Below the pieces are notes generated by a model. The model made no database searches, was not told the DNA's origin, and saw only the letters and a program-made list of their open reading frames with translations. Source: Methanobacteriota archaeon (GTDB lineage: Archaea > Thermoplasmatota > E2 > DHVEG-1). Taken from it: DNA of 64,000 bases. Where the stretch lies: NCBI GenBank assembly GCA_043806635.1, contig JAZDGT010000002.1, positions 41,974 through 105,973 of the forward strand, given 5' to 3'. The position numbers and the translations under genes were made by a program. Below are positions 57,801-64,000 of this stretch, piece after piece. Position 1 is the first letter of the stretch; every line of letters starts with the position of its first letter.

Positions 57801-58431
57801 CAGACGAAGAAGGACTCTCAATAGTATAAACCGTAACCGTGATTTCATTATAATAGTGTAATTCCCGTAATCCTGGTAGATACTGAAGAGGGTAGAGATC
57901 AACAGATACCAGCGTATATCCCCTACAGTGTTGGAGACGTATATTCCCGGATAACTGTGAAGGGTAGGGATCCTCTGAGGAATAGACGGTTTTATCAGGT
58001 TCAACACACTGAGTATGGTTCCCCTGTATCCACCCCGTATCTGGGGTGGGGAGTTGCCCTGACTCAATAAAAAGAGTATCATATTGCTTAATGAATTGTT
58101 GGGGATACGCGATTTCAAGGTGAGTCATTTGTTTTTCGAAAGGAAGTACGAGTACAACGTGTTTCACGGGTAATACTGGTTTTCCTAAATCACCGTGGTT
58201 TGGTAAACCAGGTATGGTTACTTGGTTATACCGCTGATCTTGTGTTTTCTTGGTGAGATTAGGTGTTTGAAATGAGAATGTTAAAGTAAAACTCTCTCCC
58301 CAGTCATTTCGTGTATTGATTCGAGTTATATCCGTATTTACTCCGTTAATATTTGAAAGCGGAGCAACCGCAACAACTAAAAAGAAAAAACAGCAACAGA
58401 GTACCTTCTTAAAACGTAATAATCTCTCCAT
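54817..58431 (-). CDS. Giant secreted protein (1204 aa). Order: signal peptide, propeptide-like region, C25 (gingipain-like) cysteine peptidase, Ig-like domain, right-handed beta-helix (NosD/PbH1-like), then a C-terminal FN3 domain. It lacks the shared C-terminal module.
   Basis: VSYSGHANNHG (His) and CLFYSGGCYSAAFD (Cys). Beta-helix repeats (NVTVLETSITDANYGLCL, NCVISGNLFTHNRLGLIL...). LQWTGGDPDDDPVMYDVYFG...KYFWMIVVYD is the same FN3 type as in 13862..21373. Confidence 0.85.
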   Translation of the reverse strand: MERLLRFKKVLCCCFFFLVVAVAPLSNINGVNTDITRINTRNDWGESFTLTFSFQTPNLTKKTQDQRYNQVTIPGLPNHGDLGKPVLPVKHVVLVLPFEKQMTHLEIAYPQQFIKQYDTLFIESGQLPTPDTGWIQGNHTQCVEPDKTVYSSEDPYPSQLSGNIRLQHCRGYTLVSVDLYPLQYLPGLRELHYYNEITVTVYTIESPSSSDWYRGCTLDKEYVSGLVDNPEILDTYPMRTQVNDTRYEYVIITSSAYQDVFERLLEWKSTRGLYTPYRNLSCKLVSVEDIVRNTTFWVNGFWGDGGDENHFNDTSCQIRNFIKMAYRNWSTTYVLLGGDAEEPVIPHRGMYVYTMNQSFYSDYDIPCDMYYACLDGSWDADEDGIFGETPWPYPGDPPEDFESGDNGEEADFYAEISIGRAPVDSVAEANHFVNKTIAYEYTVTHDDSYVQKALMIGPRSDSRTERGTSKDAVLGIIPHYTVTRVYTRDHTFNQTRIFTELNQGTHIVSYSGHANNHGCEGVTVQTAHQLTNTRYCLFYSGGCYSAAFDNRDFYGEYTTDALGEEFVVASGGAFAYIGNSRYGWYEPGTIEGKNDRFERSFFRTLMEFSAHHQPTNLGVALQQSKESEGVQDCYDRWTQYTLNLLGDPETQIQMNLTRPTAHFMTVIEQGKYLVFPPSYHQQVSLRGRACRGNTPESTFHHYIVEYGSGFQPTLWMNNGIVLPANGTEEIIDDVVAYWDTRNLSNGPYTLRLTVMSQEKQVSQDHLVVMIANQSTVYNILKKTYYWTIQDAVDEADTGDLLSIDGREYYESVYIDKPLTLIGNAAYHPVIDSCHIRDGICVDAEDVILRRLTIRNPGFMLFDIFAGINIYANNVTVLETSITDANYGLCLHDIQNCVISGNLFTHNRLGLILYSPFFQNSYNTIIGNTFLGTIAGYSTGVMFVGSSNNTLMENTFINNTKAIELAYWSQNNSITGNRITDNIMGGYLSASRYNVFVENIFLDNNQGVRLEDSTAFNLFYHNTFDNPENAYDLGNNQWNIEYPDGGNYWNTYPGCDRFSGPGQNWSGYDGIGDTPMNISGGTNQDQYPFMSWSGWDLNYPPFEPYNPVPYRGQSYVNVYSSLQWTGGDPDDDPVMYDVYFGKTNPPPLVQRRFSVAEFMPGVLFPGGHMEGMTKYFWMIVVYDGHGNHRDGPVWWFKTAYAYEER

Positions 58432-58592
58432 TTATCCCCACATTACTATAATATCTTAGTGGTTTATGAGGTTGTCTAATTTTCTAAAAAAACCCTTTGT
58501 TTTTGAATCAATAAAATATGGGGAATAGTTCCTTTTCATTTACGATATGATATGATGACAATCTTCACATTTTTATAGTAATAGTTTGAAAA

Positions 58593-58763
58593 TTATTTTC
58601 GAAGGACGGTGTATGAGACTAAAAAATCTCCGTCGCATGTTGTGCATTTACATTCTTGGAAGCTATCTTGCTTTCGTATCTCCCCTCGTATTGTAAGGAT
58701 TTTTTCACTTCCACATAAAGGACATACAAGGTCGTCTACTCGGGTGAATGTCTCCTTTTTCAT
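58593..58763 (-). CDS. Small zinc-ribbon protein (56 aa), missed by the ORF-track length cutoff.
   Basis: ATG at 58763 preceded by CAGGGGAGAC. MKKETFTRVDDLVCPLCGSEKILTIRGEIRKQDSFQECKCTTCDGDFLVSYTVLRK has CxxC...CxxC. Confidence 0.5.
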   Translation of the reverse strand: MKKETFTRVDDLVCPLCGSEKILTIRGEIRKQDSFQECKCTTCDGDFLVSYTVLRK

Positions 58764-58944
58764 GTCTCCCCTGATTTTTAGAATGGATATCTGTCTTTGT
58801 TATAATAATATACTCATATACTGAAATAGAGAAAAAAGGCGTATTTATGAAAACTTTATAAAATGAGGAGCATCGATAAACCTATAATATTTCTCTAAAA
58901 ATAAGGATAAAAACAGAGGCTGTTACTCAGGGAAAATTGGGCTC

Positions 58945-58966
58945 CGATGGTCCCTGAACCATCGGA
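58945..58966. terminator. 8-bp stem hairpin (CCGATGGT-ccctga-ACCATCGG) just downstream of tbp.
   Basis: Inverted repeat read directly. Its function as a terminator is a guess. Confidence 0.25.
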
Positions 58967-58991
58967 ACATTCAGTGAATTCGTCTAAAAAT

Positions 58992-59561
58992 CTATTTTTT
59001 CAAATTTTTCTTCTTATGAATAAGCCCCAGCGAGATAAGCTCTTCTGATAACTTATCAACAGCCAAGGAGACATCAGTGATTTTTCGAGCACCCGTGCAC
59101 ACGATTTTTCCTGAGCCGAACAGTAACATAGCTACCTTCGGTTCTTTTATTCTATAGACCAGTCCTGGGAACTGCTCCGGTTCGTATTCAACGTTTTCTA
59201 AGCCTAGTGCCATCGCAACCTCATTAAGGTTTAGTTCACCACCAAGATCAGAGATGGCAACAATGTTTTGAATAACAATACTGGGGTCTTTGTATACGTC
59301 GACACCAAGTTTTTTGAGTTTATCAGCGATAATTCGGATCGTTGTCCTCACGTCTTCAATATTTTTTGCACCAGTACAGTTCGCTTTCCCACTGCGGAAC
59401 AATAATGTGGCAGTTTTTGGGCTAGCAAGACGATAGACCAAACCAGGGAACTGCTCCGGCTCATATTCTGCTTCTTCTAATGATTGCGCTATTACGTCTA
59501 AATCCAACTTGTCGGAGAAGGATGTGGACGCAACAATATTTTCTACGATTACTTCCGGCAT
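58992..59561 (-). CDS. tbp: TATA-box-binding protein.
   Basis: Two TBP repeats: VENIVASTSF...LDLD...EYEPEQFPGLVYRL...LLFRSGKANCTGAK and IQNIVAISDL...EYEPEQFPGLVYRI...LLFGSGKIVCTGAR. Confidence 0.92.
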   Translation of the reverse strand: MPEVIVENIVASTSFSDKLDLDVIAQSLEEAEYEPEQFPGLVYRLASPKTATLLFRSGKANCTGAKNIEDVRTTIRIIADKLKKLGVDVYKDPSIVIQNIVAISDLGGELNLNEVAMALGLENVEYEPEQFPGLVYRIKEPKVAMLLFGSGKIVCTGARKITDVSLAVDKLSEELISLGLIHKKKNLKK

Positions 59562-59579
59562 ATTTTTTCCTCCATCTTC

Positions 59580-60011
59580 TTATTTTATTCCATATGATAA
59601 TAGGTCATTCGTTATGTGTTCAAACGCACGAGTAACGTCATCAACGTTTGTTCCGGTGCAGACGATTTTTCCAGTATCAAAAAGGAGTACACTGATGTTG
59701 TGGTTATCATTTTTTTTGTAGATTAATCCGGGGAATTCAGAAGGATTATACGATGCTTTCATAACTCCAAGTGATTTCGCGAGTGCAGATAAATCAATTT
59801 TTTTCTGGAGTTCTTGTGATGCAACGATACTCTGTACGAGGATCTCTGGGTTTTCTTTCACAGGAAAACCAGCGGCGTGTAAGAGTTTTATGGTGGTATG
59901 AATGATGGTCTCAGTATCGTGTATGGTTTTTGTTCCCGTGCACATAAGAGTACCGTTTGGGAAAATCATAACTGCAGCCTGGACTGGCGTAGTTTTATGG
60001 ATGACAACCAA
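59580..60011 (-). CDS. Divergent TBP paralog. The ORF-track model starts at a TTG at 60011, but TBP homology continues in frame upstream to about 60134 with no canonical start, so this may be a pseudogene or a mis-assembled 5' end.
   Basis: MIFPNGTLMCTGTK and LLFDTGKIVCTGTN repeat cores. The upstream in-frame sequence reads VDTTRFTIENIVVTTKIADAFDLDHVSRTF (TBP N-terminus). SD GGGAGGGAGG and two TTTATATA boxes lie at 60137..60172. Confidence 0.6.
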   Translation of the reverse strand: MVVIHKTTPVQAAVMIFPNGTLMCTGTKTIHDTETIIHTTIKLLHAAGFPVKENPEILVQSIVASQELQKKIDLSALAKSLGVMKASYNPSEFPGLIYKKNDNHNISVLLFDTGKIVCTGTNVDDVTRAFEHITNDLLSYGIK

Positions 60012-60229
60012 TGAGGTCTCAGCAGGATTACGGTGTGAATCAGGAAACGTCCTTGAAACATGATCAAGATCAAAAGCGTCTGCAATCTTTGTGGTAACAA
60101 CTATGTTTTCGATTGTGAATCTGGTCGTATCAACAGCCTCCCTCCCTATAGTATATAAAGCCAGTATATAAAGGTTTATTCGCGTGAAAAAGGGCGTTCT
60201 TCTTAGAAAAAAGCACGGTGTCGTGGTTA

Positions 60230-60967
60230 CTACCCGACTTTATCTAGATCAAGATCAATGTCGTCATCATCTTGTTGTTTCTTTATTTGTTTCGGTTTCC
60301 CATGGTTCATTTCATCGAGTAACCCGCGGAATTCATTGGTTTTATCACCGATTCGTTGTTCACAGCTTGCGACTACTAATTCTCCGCGTGTTTTTTCGAT
60401 GATGCCGCGGACCATATCCTGCTTCTTTTTTATGGGGACGAGTGCAGAGGGGTAACTAAAACTCATGACCGCATCATAGATCCGATCCATGTGTTGTAAG
60501 TACTCATTCGCTCGTGTGGTGTCTCCTTCGAGCATGAAATCGAGCGCGCCTCGGCGGAGTTCACCAACGACGTCGCATAATCCCATGAGGTAGGAACTGT
60601 ACGTAGTTTGAAGCGTGTCAGGATCGGGTAACTCTTTTCCTTGCATAATATTGTATAAGCATTGGACTTCGACGAACTCCTGCGCGGCGTTCTCGACAAA
60701 ACCCGCATGAACAATATCAGGATGATCCTTGGTGAGCTCATACAACTGTGCTATTTTCGTGGAGGCTTGCGTGATAAAGCTTTCTGCTTCAGTGAGGTGA
60801 TCTTGATGGAGATGCTGGATTGCTTTTCTGCATGCGATGATGACGTCTCGTGAATGCTTCAGTGCTTCATCTCGAGCCTTATCTTTTTCGTTGATGTGAT
60901 GATCGATTTTCTCGATGATATGATCAAGGTTCTTTAACGCGTCGTTCACGTTCTCTTTTTCGCTCAT
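60230..60967 (-). CDS. Translin-family protein.
   Basis: YSSYLMGLCDVVGELRR (translin-type GL.D..GEL.R) in an all-helical protein. ATG at 60967 overlaps the serA stop as ATGA. The ORF track starts at 61102. Confidence 0.65.
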   Translation of the reverse strand: MSEKENVNDALKNLDHIIEKIDHHINEKDKARDEALKHSRDVIIACRKAIQHLHQDHLTEAESFITQASTKIAQLYELTKDHPDIVHAGFVENAAQEFVEVQCLYNIMQGKELPDPDTLQTTYSSYLMGLCDVVGELRRGALDFMLEGDTTRANEYLQHMDRIYDAVMSFSYPSALVPIKKKQDMVRGIIEKTRGELVVASCEQRIGDKTNEFRGLLDEMNHGKPKQIKKQQDDDDIDLDLDKVG

Positions 60968-61917
60968 TTTCCTTCCATCATTTTTTTGTTTACCCAAAAC
61001 TCTGGTGTCTTCCCGGATAACGCAATCATCATTTGTTCTGCACAGATTTTTCCTGCCCGGAGCTGCCCTTCTTTCGTAGATGCACCAATGTGCGGGGTGC
61101 ATACGACTTTTGGATGATTCACAAGCTCTTTGAACACAGGTGGTTCAGTCTCGTAGACGTCAAGCCCAGCAGCAGAGACTTTTCCATTGTTCAAATACTT
61201 CACCAATGCTTTCTCATCAATGGTTCCGCCACGGGCACAGTTTATCAAGATGACACCGGTTTTCATGTGTTCAAATTCCGGTTCTTTAAGTGTTGCTCCT
61301 TCGGTTTTTATAAAGGGGATATGTAGCGAGATATAATCTGATTCTTTGAGGAGTTTTTCTAGGGGAACGATGGTGATCTTTGGTGCGGGTGACTTCTGGA
61401 TGTACTTGTCATAGGCGAGCACGTTCATGTTAAAGGCAAGTGCTCGTTTCCCAAGCTCGGTACCAATGCGCCCTATTCCAATAATACCCAGGGTTTTCTT
61501 GTTGAGTTCAACACCTTTAAATGTTTTCTTCTCCCACATTCCTTGTTTCATGGAATGATCCGCTTGCGGGATCGATCGCGATGCTGCAATCATTAGTCCG
61601 AACGCGAGCTCTGCGACGCTTTCAGTTGTTCCTGTTGGTGCGTTCACCACCTTAATGTTATGTTTCGATGCGGTGGGGAGGTCTATATTATCAACCCCAA
61701 TGCCTGCACGACCAATAACTTTGAGGTTTCCTTTCGCACCAGCCTCAACCACCTCAGCAGTTGCCTTCGTCCGACTGCGTACCATTAACCCATCATACTT
61801 TGAAATCTCATTTACAAGGGTTGCAGGATCCATCTCGTTAAAAGTGACGTCATGTCCTGCAGTTTTTATTTGTTGAATAACATCATTTTCAATCTTATCG
61901 GTAATCAATATTCTCAT
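60964..61917 (-). CDS. serA: D-3-phosphoglycerate dehydrogenase / D-2-hydroxyacid dehydrogenase (short form, no ACT domain).
   Basis: NAD motif GIIGIGRIGTELGKRA, NCARGGTID, TPHIGAST. Confidence 0.8.
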   Translation of the reverse strand: MRILITDKIENDVIQQIKTAGHDVTFNEMDPATLVNEISKYDGLMVRSRTKATAEVVEAGAKGNLKVIGRAGIGVDNIDLPTASKHNIKVVNAPTGTTESVAELAFGLMIAASRSIPQADHSMKQGMWEKKTFKGVELNKKTLGIIGIGRIGTELGKRALAFNMNVLAYDKYIQKSPAPKITIVPLEKLLKESDYISLHIPFIKTEGATLKEPEFEHMKTGVILINCARGGTIDEKALVKYLNNGKVSAAGLDVYETEPPVFKELVNHPKVVCTPHIGASTKEGQLRAGKICAEQMMIALSGKTPEFWVNKKMMEGK

Positions 61918-61960
61918 AACATTGCCTCCACGAGGTGTATCGTCTCACAGATAAATATGT

Positions 61961-63253
61961 TTACGCTCTAAACGCGAGTTCTCTGAAATCAACGCCAGGA
62001 TACTCTGCAGCATTCCCGAGTTGTTCCTCTATACGAATCAACTGATTATATTTCGCGTTTCGATCACTGCGTGCAGGTGCACCGGTTTTAATCTGTCCAG
62101 CACTGGTTCCAACAACGAGATCAGCGATAAAGCAATCCTCGGTTTCTCCGCTTCGATGACTCACCACCGCAGTCCATCCTTCATCCTGCGCCAACTTAAT
62201 CGCATCTAACGTCTCAGTAACACTCCCAATCTGATTGAGTTTAATAAGAACCGAGTTCGCCGCCTGCAACTCAATTCCTTTTTGAATCCGTTTCGTATTC
62301 GTCACGAATAAATCATCACCCACGATCTGGATCCTACCCCCAAGTTTCTTCGTCATCTCCACCCAAGAATCCCAGTCATCCTCCGCAAGACCATCCTCAA
62401 TACTCACAATCGGATATCGTTTACACAGATCAACATAAAAATCAACCATTTCCCCACCAGAAAACGACTTTGTACCAATTTTATAAACACCCTCATAGAA
62501 AAACTCACTCGACGCAGGATCTAACGCGATCTTCATCTTCCCCGCATACCCTGAATTCTCCACCGCCTGCAACATCAACTCCAATCGCTCATTCACATCA
62601 GTAACCTGAGTAGGAGCAAACCCGCCTTCATCCCCAATCAGAATACCACCAGCGCCAAACTCGCCTTTTAAGAGTTTCGCAAGATGATGATAACACTCGG
62701 AAATCATCCGAATACCTTCTGTAAATGTTTTCGCACCAGTCGGCATCAACATATGCTCCTGAATAGAATTCTCCTGCCCAGCATGTTTCCCCCCATTAAT
62801 CACGTTACACATGGGAACCGGTAACCGATACGGTTTCACTCCAAACAACCCACCAATATACTCATACAACGGGATCTGCTTCGCCGCAGCACCCGCTTTC
62901 GTCACCGCCATAGAAACAGGAAGAACCGCGTTCGCCCCAAGTTTCCCTTTATTCTCCGTCCCATCCAATTTCAACATAAGATTATCAATAGTTTCTTGCT
63001 GACAACAATTCAAACCAATAAGCTTCGGTGCGATCTTCTTATTCACATTATCAACCGCGTTCAACGTCCCTTTCCCGAGATATCGCGCAGCATCTTTATC
63101 ACGTAACTCCAACGCCTCATGCTGCCCCGCACTCGCACCACTTGGAGTCATCGCCCGAAAAACACCATGTTCAGTTACCACATCAACTTCCACTGTTGGA
63201 TTCCCACGGGAATCAAGGACTTCACGTGCTCTCACACCTTCAATCTCAGACAT
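61961..63253 (-). CDS. eno: Enolase.
   Basis: REVLDSRGNPTVEVDV, GDEGGFAP, IKLNQIGSVTET, SHRSGETED. Confidence 0.95.
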   Translation of the reverse strand: MSEIEGVRAREVLDSRGNPTVEVDVVTEHGVFRAMTPSGASAGQHEALELRDKDAARYLGKGTLNAVDNVNKKIAPKLIGLNCCQQETIDNLMLKLDGTENKGKLGANAVLPVSMAVTKAGAAAKQIPLYEYIGGLFGVKPYRLPVPMCNVINGGKHAGQENSIQEHMLMPTGAKTFTEGIRMISECYHHLAKLLKGEFGAGGILIGDEGGFAPTQVTDVNERLELMLQAVENSGYAGKMKIALDPASSEFFYEGVYKIGTKSFSGGEMVDFYVDLCKRYPIVSIEDGLAEDDWDSWVEMTKKLGGRIQIVGDDLFVTNTKRIQKGIELQAANSVLIKLNQIGSVTETLDAIKLAQDEGWTAVVSHRSGETEDCFIADLVVGTSAGQIKTGAPARSDRNAKYNQLIRIEEQLGNAAEYPGVDFRELAFRA

Positions 63254-63401
63254 GGATCAATCCTCCTCAATAAGGAATCATCATAAGTCTGCAGCCTTTT
63301 TATAAATATCGTCGCCTCCTAGCATCAGCAATTAGGAATAAACCAATGTTACAGAAACACTTAAGAATATAGACTTGTTTATTCCAAATGGAGGCAACCA
63401 T

Positions 63402-64000
63402 ATGTTAGAAACACTCTTAATAGCCGCATTTATCATTGTAGTATTTTTGATTGCAGTTTTAGCATCAGCAATAAAAATCATGCCAGAATATCAACGAATC
63501 GTCATCTTCCGACTCGGAAGATTACTCGGGATAAAAGGTCCAGGACTCGTGTTCATTATTCCGATTATTGACCGACCTATCCGAATGGATTTACGGACAC
63601 GTGTCATCGACGTCCCAAAACAACGAGTCATCACCCGCGATAACGTCACCGTCGACGTCGACGCCGTCGTCTATTACCGGATTACTGACCCACAAAAAGC
63701 AATCGTTGAAGTCCAACGATACGATATCGCAACAGGCTTACTTGCTCAAACAACACTCCGAGATATCCTCGGACAAAAAAACCTTGACGAACTCTTATCA
63801 CAACGAGAAGAACTCAACAAAAGCTTACAAACCATCCTCGACATTGGCACCGACCCCTGGGGAATAAAAGTATCAGCAGTCACCATCCGCGACGTCTCAT
63901 TACCAGAAGAAATGCTCAGAGCAATCGCAAAACAAGCTGAAGCAGAACGAGAAAAACGATCACGAATCATCATCGCCGAAGGAGAATTTAACGCAGCACA
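63402..64000 (+). CDS. SPFH/band-7 (stomatin-like) membrane protein, 3'-truncated by the window end.
   Basis: ATG at 63402 after AAATGGAGG. TM helix LLIAAFIIVVFLIAVLA, then PEYQRIVIFRLGRLLGIKGPGLVFIIP...ITRDNVTVDVDAVVYYRI...LRDILG...AEAERE. No stop in the window, so it is absent from the ORF track. Confidence 0.85.
   Translation, partial: MLETLLIAAFIIVVFLIAVLASAIKIMPEYQRIVIFRLGRLLGIKGPGLVFIIPIIDRPIRMDLRTRVIDVPKQRVITRDNVTVDVDAVVYYRITDPQKAIVEVQRYDIATGLLAQTTLRDILGQKNLDELLSQREELNKSLQTILDIGTDPWGIKVSAVTIRDVSLPEEMLRAIAKQAEAEREKRSRIIIAEGEFNAA

Noticed and set aside
58609-58824. 71-aa plus-strand ORF.
   Set aside because: It is antisense to a better-supported zinc-ribbon ORF (58593..58763) that has an SD. 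Its own translation is Ser/Arg/His-rich with no motif.

Overview
This is an archaeal chromosome fragment of roughly 40% GC by eye. The archaeal assignment rests on two TATA-box-binding protein genes, an archaeal-type TyrRS, a CTP-type riboflavin kinase, a NOG1-like GTPase, Shine-Dalgarno-led genes and frequent ATGA start/stop overlaps.

**Layout**
- 1-21.4 kb: five co-oriented minus-strand genes for giant secreted multidomain proteins. One is cut by the window edge; the others are 1425, 1560, 1308 and 2503 aa.
- 21.5-47 kb: housekeeping genes. These include a wHTH-ribK-polX-ligA operon, NOG1, nfo, phi, a Nudix hydrolase, lemA plus a GIDE-like gene, tyrS, purB, cutA and a thiI-like gene. An nrdR-nrdD-nrdG operon also lies here, with a homing-endonuclease intein inside nrdD, followed by an AlkD-like gene, a permease and trxB.
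- 47.1-49.3 kb: an AT-rich accessory stretch in which four copies of a novel repeat delimit small gene cassettes.
- 49.3-52 kb: hycI, serC, rnhB and tRNA-Thr(CGU).
- 52.0-54.5 kb: a small AT-rich island bounded by a 17-nt duplicate of the tRNA 3' end.
- 54.8-58.4 kb: a sixth giant secreted protein (C25 peptidase plus beta-helix).
- 58.6-64 kb: tandem tbp paralogs, translin, serA, eno and a truncated SPFH gene.

**Main candidate for something undescribed.** The four complete giant proteins in the first cluster have unrelated N-terminal 'heads': a C25 peptidase, a C1 papain-like peptidase, a beta-propeller with a beta-helix, and an FN3/FG-GAP/LamG array. All four nevertheless end in the same module of about 416-430 aa. 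The core of that module looks like a papain-fold (C39-like) domain whose catalytic residues are replaced.

All domain calls come from reading motifs in the translations. No database search was run.
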